Positions 19,517 through 30,500 of a stretch of DNA of 64,000 nt are shown here, in pieces. Below the pieces are notes generated by a model, which ran no database searches, was not told the DNA's origin, and was given only the letters and a program-made list of their open reading frames with translations. Every line of letters begins with the position of its first letter. The stretch's first letter is position 1. The position numbers and the translations under genes were made by a program. Source of the DNA: a bacterium (lineage in GTDB: Bacteria > Krumholzibacteriota > Krumholzibacteriia > G020349025). The stretch lies in contig JANLSU010000121.1 in assembly GCA_031362565.1 (NCBI GenBank), forward strand, positions 10,072 through 74,071. Direction: 5' to 3'.

Positions 19517-20647
19517 ATGACACGGTCGATGCGAGTGGGCGCCGCGACCCTCGCCGTCCTGGTGACGCTGTTCGGGTTGCACGTGCAGCTCAACCTCGGC
19601 GGCTGGCGGCGCTTCATTGCGCGCCAGCAATCGGCACCGGCAGCACGCGGCGAACTGGTCGTGGGGTTTCTGCCCGTCACCTGTCACCTGACGTGCCCGG
19701 TCACGAGCTGGGTGACTTCACACTCCGCCGGTGGCGCGGTGTTCCGGTCCAAGCGCTACACCGAGTTCGCGACCATCGCCGAGGAGTTCAAGGCGGGAAA
19801 ACTCCAGGCCTCGTTCATCCTGGCACCGCTCGCCATGACGCTCTGCCGCCAAGGGCTGCCGATCAAGATCGTCTATTTGGGCCACCGCGACGGCACGACG
19901 CTCGTCGTGCGTACCGACTCGGACATCCACGACTTTACGGGACTACGCGGCAAGACCATCGCCATCCCGCACCGCTACTCGAACCAACGCATCCTGCTCG
20001 AGCGCGAGCTGGAGAAGCACGGCATGACCGCTGCCGATCTCAACATGGTCGTGTATCCGCCGCCCGAGATGCCCTCGGCGCTGCAGAAGCGCGCCGTTGA
20101 CGCGTACATCGTCGGTGAACCGTTCGCGGCCAAATCGGAGGTCGAGGGCTTCGGGCGCGTCCTCGGGTTTACCAAAGACATGTGGCCCAACTTCATTTCG
20201 TGCGTGTTGGCGGTGAGCGACGACTTGATCAAGAACGACCGGCCGCTGGTTCAGGAGCTGGTGGATGGCATTGCCGCGTCGGGCCGGTGGCTCGATTCGC
20301 CGGGCGAGGACCTGGCTCCTGGAGTGCGGCGTGCGACACCGGACAGCGCGGCAACACCAGGTGTCGCCCAGCTTCCCGACGGCTGGGACGCCACCCATCG
20401 CTCGCAAGCGGCGGCGATTGCGGCGCGACCGGAGTACTATAACCAGAACGCCGATCTCATTCGCTTCGTGCTTTCCAAACCGCCCGACCGGGTGCGCTAT
20501 ACGGGGCTCGGGCCGGCGCGCGCCGACTTCGAAGAGATTCAGCGTTTCGCCGAGAAGCTCGGCTACTTCGCACCCTCCACGCCGGACGACCGGTTCGGCT
20601 TCGAAGATTATTGCGATCCCTCGTTCGCGACGAACGCCAATCCATGA
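19517..20647 (+). CDS. ABC transporter substrate-binding protein (nitrate/sulfonate/bicarbonate, NitT/TauT type)
   Basis: VGFLPVTCHL, LGHRDG, LRGKTIAIP, DAYIVGEPF. Confidence 0.85.
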   Translation: MTRSMRVGAATLAVLVTLFGLHVQLNLGGWRRFIARQQSAPAARGELVVGFLPVTCHLTCPVTSWVTSHSAGGAVFRSKRYTEFATIAEEFKAGKLQASFILAPLAMTLCRQGLPIKIVYLGHRDGTTLVVRTDSDIHDFTGLRGKTIAIPHRYSNQRILLERELEKHGMTAADLNMVVYPPPEMPSALQKRAVDAYIVGEPFAAKSEVEGFGRVLGFTKDMWPNFISCVLAVSDDLIKNDRPLVQELVDGIAASGRWLDSPGEDLAPGVRRATPDSAATPGVAQLPDGWDATHRSQAAAIAARPEYYNQNADLIRFVLSKPPDRVRYTGLGPARADFEEIQRFAEKLGYFAPSTPDDRFGFEDYCDPSFATNANP

Positions 20648-21756
20648 GGGCCCGGACCCGTGCCGTGTTGCCGCTCGTGGGACTCGCCGGGTTCCTGGCG
20701 CTCTGGCAAGCGCTGGTCGTGGTGACGCGGCCGGCGCCGCTTCGCCGTGCAACACTTGCCTTCTCGTCGGCGCGTGCCGATTCGTGTGCGGCGGTCGTGC
20801 TCGGAGCCAAAGGCACGGTCGCCGGCCGGGCCTGGCTCGCGCTCGACCCGGCGCGCATTGCGACCAGTGCCGGCACGCTGCGCCTGTGGCTTGGGGCGCT
20901 TCAACCGACGCTCGCCGCACTACCCCCGAACGCCGATGCTCGCCTCCGGCCGCTGCTCGACGCGGCGCAGCGCGACTTCGGTGGCGGCCTGGAACCGTCG
21001 CTGGTGCCGGTCGCTGGAGTTCCCGACGCCGAGCAAGAAGCCGTGGCGCGCGCCACCCGCCTACAGATGGAGAAACTGCGCCATCCGACCTGGCTGCCGA
21101 GCCCCATCGCGGCGCTCACCGCGCTCGCGACGATGGTACGGAGCGGCGAAATGTTGCGGCACATCATCGCGTCGCTCTTCCGAGTCGGTTGTGGTTTCAC
21201 GCTCGCGGTCGTCTTGGGCGTGCCGTTCGGTCTCGCACTCGGAAGCCTGGCTTGGTTGTCGGCGCTCGCGAATACCGTCATCCAATGCTTGCGGCCGATC
21301 TCGCCGATCGCTTGGTTGCCGGTCGCGACATTGGCGCTCGGCGGCGGTGACCCGGCGGCCGTGTTCCTCATCTTTCTCGCCGCATTCTTTCCGGTCACGG
21401 TGTCGACGGCGGCCGCAACGGCGACCGTCGATCTCAAGTACCGGCGCTCGGCGCTCAACTTCGGCGTGCGTGGCTTCGCGCTGGCGCGCCACGTGATCCT
21501 GCCGGCGACCCTGCCGTCGATCTTGACCGCGCTACGCATCGGGCTCGGAATCGCCTGGGTCGTGGTCGTGGCTGCCGAGATGCTGGGCGTCGAATCGGGT
21601 CTCGGTTTTCTCGTTCTCGATGCGCGTAATCAGTTGCGTTACGACCGCGTCGTGGCGGCGATGATCGTCATCGGCCTCATCGGGCTCGGACTCGACACGG
21701 TCGTGCGCCGTCTCGAACAAGCCGAGCTCGAACGCCGTGGGGTGGTGGCCCGATGA
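20644..21756 (+). CDS. ABC transporter permease (NitT/TauT type) with long N-terminal insertion
   Basis: LPSP, SLFRV, LRPISPIAWLP, VILPATLPSILTALRIG, VAAEM; ATGA coupling. Confidence 0.88.
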   Translation: MRARTRAVLPLVGLAGFLALWQALVVVTRPAPLRRATLAFSSARADSCAAVVLGAKGTVAGRAWLALDPARIATSAGTLRLWLGALQPTLAALPPNADARLRPLLDAAQRDFGGGLEPSLVPVAGVPDAEQEAVARATRLQMEKLRHPTWLPSPIAALTALATMVRSGEMLRHIIASLFRVGCGFTLAVVLGVPFGLALGSLAWLSALANTVIQCLRPISPIAWLPVATLALGGGDPAAVFLIFLAAFFPVTVSTAAATATVDLKYRRSALNFGVRGFALARHVILPATLPSILTALRIGLGIAWVVVVAAEMLGVESGLGFLVLDARNQLRYDRVVAAMIVIGLIGLGLDTVVRRLEQAELERRGVVAR

Positions 21757-22523
21757 CCGGCGCCCAAGCGCGCGTCAAGATCCGCGTCGCGGGTCTCGTC
21801 AAGACGTTCTGGGCCCGCAAGGCGGCGGTTTCGGTTCTGCAAGGCATCGATCTCGAAGTGCGCGAGGGCGAGTTCCTGGCGATCGTTGGGCCATCGGGCT
21901 GCGGCAAGACGACGCTGCTCAACTGCATCGCGGGCTTCGACGCGATCGACGCGGGAAGCATCGAGATCGACGGCGAGTTGGTGCGCGAGCCATCGAGCCG
22001 CCGGGTTTTCGTCTTTCAGGAACCGGGCATCTTCCCGTGGCTCGATGTGCGCGGCAACATCGGTTTTGGCTTGCCGCGCCGGTTGCCGGCCGCTGACCGG
22101 GCGGCAATCGTGGCGCGTTACGTCGACCTGGTGGGATTGCAGGGTTTCGAGGCCGCGTTGCCGAGCGAACTGTCGGGCGGCATGAAGCAACGCGTCGAGT
22201 TCGCGCGCGCGCTCGCCGTCGAACCGGATGTGCTCTTCCTGGACGAACCGTTCGGCGCGCTCGACTCACTGACCCGGCTCGAGATGCGGCGCGAGATCGT
22301 CCGGATCTGGAAGGCGACGGGCAAAACCTGTTTGCTGGTCACCCACGACGTCGAAGAAGCGTGCGAGCTGGCGGACCGGATCGCGGTCATGAGCCGGCGC
22401 CCGGCGACCTTGCGGGAGATCGTCGACAACCCACTCCCGCGCCCGCGCGACCCCGACACCGCGGAGTTCTGCCGGCTCAAGGAACACCTGTTCAGCACCC
22501 TCGGAGTCGAGCGGCGGGTGTGA
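21753..22523 (+). CDS. ABC transporter ATP-binding protein (NitT/TauT type)
   Basis: GPSGCGKT, LSGGMKQR, LDEPFGALD, VTHD. Confidence 0.93.
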   Translation: MTGAQARVKIRVAGLVKTFWARKAAVSVLQGIDLEVREGEFLAIVGPSGCGKTTLLNCIAGFDAIDAGSIEIDGELVREPSSRRVFVFQEPGIFPWLDVRGNIGFGLPRRLPAADRAAIVARYVDLVGLQGFEAALPSELSGGMKQRVEFARALAVEPDVLFLDEPFGALDSLTRLEMRREIVRIWKATGKTCLLVTHDVEEACELADRIAVMSRRPATLREIVDNPLPRPRDPDTAEFCRLKEHLFSTLGVERRV

Positions 22524-22555
22524 CGCGCCGGCGTGGAGTTCAACACGCCGGCGCG
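22524..22555. terminator. GC-rich hairpin between convergent genes
   Basis: CGCGCCGGCGTG-gagttcaa-CACGCCGGCGCG perfect 12-bp inverted repeat; degenerate copy at 23406..23437. Confidence 0.6.
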
Positions 22556-22606
22556 AATTTCGAATCGAGACGCGGGCGCGGCATGCTGCCACGCGCGGCG
22601 CATCGA

Positions 22607-23344
22607 TCAGTGCTGGTACAGATTCTTGACGTTGCCCCAGGTGCTCGATTCAACGCCGACCGATCCGCCGTTCCCCGTCGCCATCCGAATCGTGCCCGTG
22701 GTGCTCCCCGAGCGGCCAGCGAGAACACTTCCCGGTGCGCCGATGAAATCGATGCGGTACGTGATGTCGAAGAAGCTGTCCACGGCCCACTGGTTGCCGG
22801 GGAGCTGGGTCAGCGTCGTGTGACCCGGGCTCGGCATTCCGAATCCGGTCCCTGCGGTGATGCGCAGCAGGTCGAAGTCCGGGTCGCCGGTGATCTGCCC
22901 CTGCAGCCCGAACATGTCGGTGTCGAACGACTGAAGCGGGTTTCCGGGCGTGCGTGGTGCGACGTCGGTCGCGCACTGGGCCGTCATGTTGATGGTGCGA
23001 TGCAGCACGAGAGCGCCCGTGCCGTTCAGAACCAAGGTCAACGCCGAACCGAAGGTCTCGTGCCCGCCGCCCAAGGGTCCACCGGGTGTGTGCGTGATGT
23101 TGAAGAAGCGATCATGCTGGGCTCCGACGGTGATCGTCGTCCCGGGCGGCAAGCCGTCGATCATCTCGTGCAGGTCGGTTGGACTGACGTAGCCGCACGG
23201 ATTCGGCGGTAGATCCACCGTTCCACCGCCATTGTCCGGCACAGTGCAAGGGACAGCGAAAGCGACCAGCGGCAACGCCGTCACGGCGAGTGCCGCCAGA
23301 ATCATCGAGGCGCGTAGTCCTCTGTCAAAGCGCGGTGGATGCAT
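22607..23344 (-). CDS. Secreted protein, paralog 1, TW-K-Y tail
   Basis: Signal peptide, CTVPDNGGGTVDLPP, VDSFFDITYRIDF, C-terminus VGVESSTWGNVKNLYQH. Confidence 0.85.
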   Translation of the reverse strand: MHPPRFDRGLRASMILAALAVTALPLVAFAVPCTVPDNGGGTVDLPPNPCGYVSPTDLHEMIDGLPPGTTITVGAQHDRFFNITHTPGGPLGGGHETFGSALTLVLNGTGALVLHRTINMTAQCATDVAPRTPGNPLQSFDTDMFGLQGQITGDPDFDLLRITAGTGFGMPSPGHTTLTQLPGNQWAVDSFFDITYRIDFIGAPGSVLAGRSGSTTGTIRMATGNGGSVGVESSTWGNVKNLYQH

Positions 23345-23485
23345 GAGACTCTCCGGATGTACGAGGACGTAACGATTCAACCTTCACCTACGGTCCGAAG
23401 CCAGTCGCGCCGGCGTGGAGTTCACCACGCCAGCGTGAGTTTCGATCAAGATGCTGGCGCAGCGGCTGCCACGCGGGCGCATCGA

Positions 23486-24223
23486 TCAGTGCTGGTACAA
23501 ATTCTTGACGTTACCCCAAGTGCTCGGCTCGACGCCGACCGCACCCGGGTCGCCCGCCTGCATGCGAATCGTACCGGTCGTGCTGCCCGAGTGGCCGCCG
23601 AGAACGCTGCCTGGATGACCGACGAAATCGATGCGGTATGTAATGTCGAAGAAACTGTCCACGGCCCAGGTGTTGCCGGGTAGCTGGGTCAGCGTCGTGT
23701 GACCCGGGCTCGGCATCCCGAACCCCGTCCCCGCCGTGATGCGCAGCAGATCGAAGTCCGGGTCGCCGATGATCTGTCCTTGCAGCATGAACATGTCGGT
23801 GTCGAACGACTGAACCGGGGCTCCCGGGGTGCGAGGTGCAACGTGGGTTTCGCACTGCGCCGTCATGAAAATGTTGCGGCTCAGCACCAAGCCATCTGTT
23901 CCGTTCAGTACCAGGGACAACCCGGAACTGAAGTGCTCAAGCTCGCCGCCTAAAGATCCACCAGGGTTGCGCACGACGTTGAAGAAATCCCGATGCTGCG
24001 CACCGACCTGGATCGTCGTGCCGGGCGGCAGTCCGTCGATCATTTCGTGCAGGTCGCTCGGACTCACATAGCCGCAGGGATTGGGCGGCAGATCGACGGT
24101 GCCGCCGCCGTTGTCCGGCACCGTGCACGGTGCAGCATGAGCCAGCATCGGTAATGCCATTAGAGCGAGTGCCGCGAGAACGGTTGCGGCGCGTAGTCCT
24201 CTTTCAAAGCGCAGTTGATGCAT
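23486..24223 (-). CDS. Secreted protein, paralog 2, TW-K-Y tail
   Basis: Same architecture; C-terminus VGVEPSTWGNVKNLYQH. Confidence 0.85.
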   Translation of the reverse strand: MHQLRFERGLRAATVLAALALMALPMLAHAAPCTVPDNGGGTVDLPPNPCGYVSPSDLHEMIDGLPPGTTIQVGAQHRDFFNVVRNPGGSLGGELEHFSSGLSLVLNGTDGLVLSRNIFMTAQCETHVAPRTPGAPVQSFDTDMFMLQGQIIGDPDFDLLRITAGTGFGMPSPGHTTLTQLPGNTWAVDSFFDITYRIDFVGHPGSVLGGHSGSTTGTIRMQAGDPGAVGVEPSTWGNVKNLYQH

Positions 24224-24420
24224 GAGACCCTCCGATGTACGAGGACACGACGATCTCTCGTTCGGTCGAAAGAACCCGCTACAGGGGCTCGCAACCGGTG
24301 TATGGTACCTTGAAGCTCTAAAACCTTCATGCTTACTTTATACTTCCGAATCCAGGGTCGCAACGGCGTTTTTCGGGGTTTGGCCTTGGGGACGCGTCCC
24401 GCAGGGGGGGCCAGTAGGTA

Positions 24421-27126
24421 GTGTTACGACTCCAGGCCCTACCCCGGCTCGCGATCCGGCGCCCGGCGCTCGTCACGACCGTCGCCTGCGTGGCCGTACT
24501 GGCCATGGCGCCCGGCATGCGCCGGCTCGAGTTGCGGACTGACGGCCATTCGCTCGTGCCCCCTGGCGACCCCACGGTCCTGTACGACCGGTCCATGCGC
24601 CAGGAATTCGGCGTCACGGATCCTCTCATCGTCCTGATTCATTCTCACGACCGCGACGGCATCTTCAACGACCGCACGTTGCAGCTCGTGCGCGATTTGA
24701 CCCAGAAGGCGATGCAACTTCCTGGCGTCCACGCCCCGGACGTCCTCAGCCTGGCCACCGAAAAGAGTGACCGTTTCCGGGCTGGATCGCTCGAGCACCG
24801 ATCCTTTCTCGAGCCCTTTCCCGCGACTGCCGCCGAACGCTTCGAGCTGCGGGACGACCTGCGGGCGATTCGCCTCTATCAGGGCACGTTGATTTCCGCC
24901 GACGAATCGGCGACCGCCGTCTTCATCGGCGCGCCGGAAGGCGCGGACCGAACGGCTCTGTGCAATGCAGTCGAAGATCTCTGCGCGCCCTACGACTCGC
25001 CACAGGACGAAGTGCGTGTCCTCGGCGCGCCCGTTGTCGAGTCGCGACTCGGGGCCCACATTTTGGCCGACCTCGGCTTGCCGGCGCGCGCCATTCACGC
25101 CCCGCGCGAACAGTCCGGCGCAGCTCCGCCGGCATCATTCGGCGAACTGCAACGTTTCGTCGGCCAGCACGTCGGTCTCTTGCCGCTCGTACTGGCGATC
25201 ATGGCGTTAGTTTTCCTGGTGAGCTATCGCAGTGCGGTGGCGGTGTTGTTGCCGCTCCTCGAAGTCGGAGCGTGTCTGGTCTTCGTCTTCGGCCTGATGG
25301 GTTGGCTCAACGTTCCCGTGTACCTGACGATGGCAGTAATGCCGGTGATCCTCGTTGCCATGGGCGTCACCGACGAAATTCACGTCTTTGCACACTATGC
25401 AGCGCGGCGCCGGCAACAGCCGGAGGAACCCCGTGCCGCCTCGGTCCGCGCGACTCTCGACGAGATTGGGTCGCCGATCATCAAGACGTCGCTCACCACC
25501 GCGCTCGGTTTCTTTTCGTTTGCGTTGTCACCGCTGCCGCCGCTGCAAGCCTTCGGCATCTTTACCGGGCTCGGCATGGTGTTCTGCATGCTCTGGTCGC
25601 TGACGGTGATCCCGGCGTTGCTCGTGCTGTGGGGGCCGCGGCGGGCTGCCGGGCGCGGTGCCGAGGGCGGGCGTCTCGGCGCGGTGCTTGGACGAGTCGC
25701 GCTCGCGGTCGCACGCCATCACCGCGCGGTGCTCGTGGTGCTGCTCTTGGTGCTCGTGGTCCTGCCGTTCGGAATCCGGCGGCTCGTGGTGCAGGACAGT
25801 TGGATCGGTGCCTTCGCGCCCGAGAGCGAGTTATACCAAACGACCCAAGCCTTCAACGCGCAGTTCTTCGGTACCCACACGTTGTACGTGACGGTCGATA
25901 CCGACTCGTTCGTCGTGCGTGGACAATTGCCCCCCGTCGACGTCGATCACCACACGTTGCTCCTGCCGGCCGGCGTTAGCGTCGATCCGGCGCGCCTCGT
26001 TGGCGCCTGGGTGGATGTGCGGCGTCCGGGCACAACCGGGCTCGAGAATCCGCCGCCGCACGGGCCGCTGCGCTGGAACCGGTGGCAGTCCTGGATCGAA
26101 ACCGCGGCGCGCGACGGCGACCGCATCCGGGTCACCATGCCGCTGCGCTCCGGCTCGCCCAAGTTCTTCATCGATCCGCAGCCGGAGGAAAAGCTCGATT
26201 TCGAGATCCGGTCGCAGCGTTTGGAAACGGCGGCGACACTGCGGGAGATTGCCGGACTCGAAACCTTCATACGCGGACGAGTCGACGACACTGTCGGCGG
26301 CGTCCTCGGTCCGCCCGACTACATCGCAACGACGCAATTCATCGTCAAGAGCCGCGACGAAGCGCAACGCACGATCCCGGACGATCCGGAGCGCATCCGC
26401 TGGCTGTGGAGCCAATACGGTCGAGTCCGCGGCACCGAACGGCTGCGCGAGGTCGTGAACCCGCACTACACGCGCGGCCTGGTCGCGGTGTATCTCAAGA
26501 ATGCCAACTACATCGACACCGAGCGCCTCGTCCAGGCCATCCGGACCTACGAGGCCGAACATTTGCATGCCTCCGGCATCCAGCTCGGGTTCGCCGGCGA
26601 CGTGGGCGTCAGTCAAGGCTTCATCAAGGCGATCGTCACCGGGCAACTGCGTTCACTCTTCGGATCCTTGGCCGGCATCCTGGTGATCACGGTGCTGCTG
26701 TCGCGTTCCTGGCGCTGGGGGGCGATCTGTGTCGTGCCGTGCGCCTTCGCGGTGATCCTGTGCTTCGCGGGCATGGGCTGGATCGGCATCCCACTCGGCG
26801 TGGCGACTTCGATGTTCGCGAGCATGGTGTTGGGCGTCGGGGTCGATTACGCGATTCATTTGACCGATCGTTGCCGCACCGAACTGGCGCGCGGTGCGCG
26901 GCGCGATGCCGCAATCGCAGCCGCCGCGCGCGCCGTCGGCCCGGCGATCGTCGTCGACGCAGTGGCCGTGGCGCTCGGATTCGGGGTGCTCACCTTCAGC
27001 CAGGTGCCCGCCAATGCGCGGCTCGGTTTGATGACCGCCCTCTGCATCGCCGGCGCGCTCGTGCTGACGTTTTCTGCCTTGCCAGCGTTAATGGCGGCGG
27101 CTGTCGGGTCCAGGACCAAGAAGTAG
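24421..27126 (+). CDS. MMPL/RND-family transporter
   Basis: Two repeats of TM + periplasmic domain + TM bundle; GVTDEIH and GVGVDYAIH, TSLTTALGF, ALGFGVL. Confidence 0.88.
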   Translation: MLRLQALPRLAIRRPALVTTVACVAVLAMAPGMRRLELRTDGHSLVPPGDPTVLYDRSMRQEFGVTDPLIVLIHSHDRDGIFNDRTLQLVRDLTQKAMQLPGVHAPDVLSLATEKSDRFRAGSLEHRSFLEPFPATAAERFELRDDLRAIRLYQGTLISADESATAVFIGAPEGADRTALCNAVEDLCAPYDSPQDEVRVLGAPVVESRLGAHILADLGLPARAIHAPREQSGAAPPASFGELQRFVGQHVGLLPLVLAIMALVFLVSYRSAVAVLLPLLEVGACLVFVFGLMGWLNVPVYLTMAVMPVILVAMGVTDEIHVFAHYAARRRQQPEEPRAASVRATLDEIGSPIIKTSLTTALGFFSFALSPLPPLQAFGIFTGLGMVFCMLWSLTVIPALLVLWGPRRAAGRGAEGGRLGAVLGRVALAVARHHRAVLVVLLLVLVVLPFGIRRLVVQDSWIGAFAPESELYQTTQAFNAQFFGTHTLYVTVDTDSFVVRGQLPPVDVDHHTLLLPAGVSVDPARLVGAWVDVRRPGTTGLENPPPHGPLRWNRWQSWIETAARDGDRIRVTMPLRSGSPKFFIDPQPEEKLDFEIRSQRLETAATLREIAGLETFIRGRVDDTVGGVLGPPDYIATTQFIVKSRDEAQRTIPDDPERIRWLWSQYGRVRGTERLREVVNPHYTRGLVAVYLKNANYIDTERLVQAIRTYEAEHLHASGIQLGFAGDVGVSQGFIKAIVTGQLRSLFGSLAGILVITVLLSRSWRWGAICVVPCAFAVILCFAGMGWIGIPLGVATSMFASMVLGVGVDYAIHLTDRCRTELARGARRDAAIAAAARAVGPAIVVDAVAVALGFGVLTFSQVPANARLGLMTALCIAGALVLTFSALPALMAAAVGSRTKK

Positions 27127-27171
27127 GCCCGCGCCGCGGTCACGGGCGGTGGCGCCCGCCTTTTGCCGCGA

Positions 27172-27591
27172 TCACGCGAACGGACGCAGGGCGGCGAGAA
27201 GATCGTCCGGCACCTCGGCCGCGACCATGGCGTTGCCGCTTCGGCGCATGAAGGCGATTTGCTGCTCGCCGCGCGCCACCAACTCTTCGCCGCCGTCGTG
27301 CGACCGCCAGTACTCGAACCGCAGTGTCATGCGATTTTGCGCCAGCGTTCCCAAGCGCATCCGGACATGCACTTGATCGAAGGCTGAAAGCTCTTGCAAG
27401 TAGTCGCACGAACAGCGGGTGGTGACCAGGCAGAGACCCGTTGCGATGTCGTCGAGCACGCTCGGCGCGTGGTCGCGTAAGAACATCTCACGGCAGCGTC
27501 CCTGCCAGCGTACGTGGTTCACGTAGTAGACATTGCCGAGCAGATTGGTTTCCTCGAACCCCACCGTGTGCAGATACTCATACGCCTGCAT
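27172..27591 (-). CDS. tebC: Enediyne hot-dog thioesterase (SgcE10/CalE7/DynE7-like)
   Basis: YEYLHTVGFEETNLLGNVYYVNHVRWQGRCREMFL, ELVARGEQQIA; overlaps the PKSE stop codon. Confidence 0.92.
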   Translation of the reverse strand: MQAYEYLHTVGFEETNLLGNVYYVNHVRWQGRCREMFLRDHAPSVLDDIATGLCLVTTRCSCDYLQELSAFDQVHVRMRLGTLAQNRMTLRFEYWRSHDGGEELVARGEQQIAFMRRSGNAMVAAEVPDDLLAALRPFA

Positions 27592-30500
27592 GGCGCCCCC
27601 CGGCGAATACTGCGAACGCCAGCCGCTCCGCCGCCGGCTGGAGCACCCCGACGAAGGTCGTGATCAACGCATCGCCCGCCGCCAGCATCACCCAGCCGTC
27701 GGTGGTGGTCGAGCGTAGAAGGATTGGCGTTTCGGAGGCAACACCCGCCTTCTTCAGGCATTCGATCACCGTCCAAACCCGCGTCAGCGAATCCGCGAGA
27801 TTCTCGCCCGACTCGCGCGCGACCTGCACGGCGAGTGCGTAGCGTTGCGCGCCGAGCAACCCGTGCCACTCGTCAGAGGGGCGCTCGACAACGGGTTCGA
27901 CGTCGCAGCCGAGCGTCCCCGCACCGGCGACAGCCAGCATCAGCGCTCCCGCGTGTGATACCGAGACCGTGAGATCCGGCTCCGACGGAAGTTCCGGCTT
28001 ACCGTCGGGACGATGTACCACGGAGGAACGCCGCGCCAACGCCACTTCGAAAGCCCGTGCCGGGTCGTCGCTCCCAGCGGCGCCGTCCCGTTGTAGCGCC
28101 ACACCGATGGTAAGACCGGGAACGAGGTCATCGAGCCGGCGCTGCAAGTAGGGTGCGAGCAATGGCGCACTCCACGCCTTCGGTGCCTTCGTTGGCCCCA
28201 CGGCGCGGAGCGTAAGGCCGCTCCAATGCTCGAGCACAGCGCCATCGGGCGTGGTGATTTCGAGATCGTAGATGAACGTGTCACCGTCACGGTGGCGCTC
28301 CCGAGCCCGCACCGCGAACGCCTGGCCGCTGGGCAGCCGGTTGATTTCGAGGCGCTCGATGGCAATCGGCAGCAGGGTGCGATGCGGGATGCAAGCCTGG
28401 AGGGCGTGAATTGCGGCGTCGCGCGCCCCGGGATCGCCGAGCACCAGGGACGCCGGCAGGTAGGTCCCGAACCATGCTGTCGCCCCGTCCGCGGAGATTT
28501 CGGCCAGGCATTCGGTGGCCCGCAACCAACGGTAGCCACTGACGCGACGGAACCGCCCGTCTTGGAACAACACCGAACCATAGAGATCGGCTTCGGGTTC
28601 GAAGGCAAGCCGGCCGTCGACGAGGCTATCGCCCGCGAGCGCAACTCGACTGGGAGTTTCACCCGGGACTGCATTGAACCGGCAGCGGGCACGGAAGTGA
28701 TCGACTTGGAACTGGGTGCGCGACGCGCGCAGGGCCACGTCGACAACACCCGGCTCGCGCACCAGGGCCGCGACGCGGATGGTCTCGGTGCCATCGCGCG
28801 GCACGACGATGGGGCGCGCGAACTCCACGGCTTCGAACACCGGCGGCGTTGTAGCGCCGGTAATCGCCATTGCGGCTTCGGCCATCGCTTCGAGCCCCAG
28901 GACCGCCGGGAAGAGCGGGTCGCCGGCCAGAGTGTGATCCGCGAGATACGGGTCCGAGTCGCGCGACAACTCGACATCCACTACGAGTTCGATGCCGGGG
29001 TACAGCACGCGCGGTTGTTCGAGAAAGCGCCAGAGCGGCAAGCGCGCCGCTTCGAGTTTCAACGTCGCTTGCACGCCGAAGCGACCGGCCACCAGGATCG
29101 ATGGATCCGGAAGGTCCGTGTCGATCAGGCGGCCGAGCCACTGCACGCCAACGTCGACCGGGATCGGCGTGATGCCATCACGCACGAGGGCTTCCAACCG
29201 GCCGAGCCGCTCGCCCATTCCAGCGCCGGACCACACGGACCATTCGATCGTCAAGCAGCGGCACGCGGGGTGGTCCGCCTGAAAACGCCGCACCCAACCT
29301 GCAAGCCACTCGTTCGCGGCCGCGTAGTCGGCTTCGCCGCGCATTCCGGTGCGCGCGATGATCGAACCGAAAGCCACGAACAGTTTGAGCCGCGACGCAT
29401 CGACCGCGGCGGCAAGATTCCGCGCGCCGGCGAGCTTCGGTGCCGCGGTGGCGAGAAAATCCGCCGCGTCGAGCGCACTGAGCGGCCGTGGGATGTTGGT
29501 TCCGGCGCCGTGCAGCACACCGGTCACGGGTCCGAGCGCTGCTTCGATCTCGCCGACCGCATCGCGCAAGCGCTCGGCCGCGGCAACGTCGGCGACGGCG
29601 TAGTGGAACCGCACGCCGCTGGCGCGGAAGCGTTCGAGATTTTGCGCCAGCACCGAATCGGTATCCGGATGGGCGCGACCCACGAGGCCGAGCCGCACGC
29701 TGTACTTCCGGGCGAGCCCCAGCGCGCACTCGGCCGCGATCCCCTTGCCGCCACCGGTCACGAGCAGCACGTCGTCGGGGCCGAGCGCTAAGGGCGCGTG
29801 CAACAACGGCCCTCCAGGAGCGAGGACGGGTTCGCGTCGAATTCCATCGCGGCCATAGGCCACGGCGCGGAAACCTGACGCGGCTTGCGCTTCATCCGCC
29901 ACCCAAGCTGCGACACGAGGATCATCGCGCGGCACGTCGACGATGCAGGTGGCTGTTTCCGGCGATTCGAGATGCAGCGAGCGCGCGAACCCGCCGCCAC
30001 CGCCGTCGCATTGCACGACGACGAAGCACCCGGTCGTGCGACGCGGCCAAAGTGCGCGCGCGGCTTCGAGAAGCAACGTTGCACAGCGCTCGTCGGGTTC
30101 GGGCGGCAGAATCACGATGACACCCTCGCCGCTACTCTTGGCGCCGAGCGCCCGCTCGATCGCACCTGCGAGTGGATCGCCTGGCGACGCGAATACGCTC
30201 CATACGCCATGCGTACTGGCCGGTGCGTTGCCGGGCCCGGGACAATCCAGCCACCGGGTCACGAACGGCCGCACCCATGCATCGACGCCGGCCGGAACCG
30301 CGGGCGCGGCCAAAGCCGTGCCGGTGCCGTGTGTCGCGCTCAACTCTTCGAGCGCCCGCGCCAGTTCACCGACGGTGGCGCCGGCGTACGCAGTAGGATC
30401 AGCGGGTGGCGGCAACCCGAGGCGCGTCGCCGCTTCGACGGCCACCTGACCAACGACGATCGAATTCAGATGCAGATCGCCGAGGAGCCGATGTTGATCG

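Larger units (their letters stand above)
22524..24248. repeat. Tandem duplication of an ~880-bp unit (hairpin + gene + 5' leader)
   Basis: Two 245-aa paralogs with long identical stretches; flanks also duplicated (gatgtacgaggac upstream, hairpin downstream). Confidence 0.85.

Noticed and set aside
22607..24223. Diversity-generating retroelement template/variable repeat pair
   Set aside because: Both copies are whole intact genes, the differences are not confined to adenines, and no reverse transcriptase is present.
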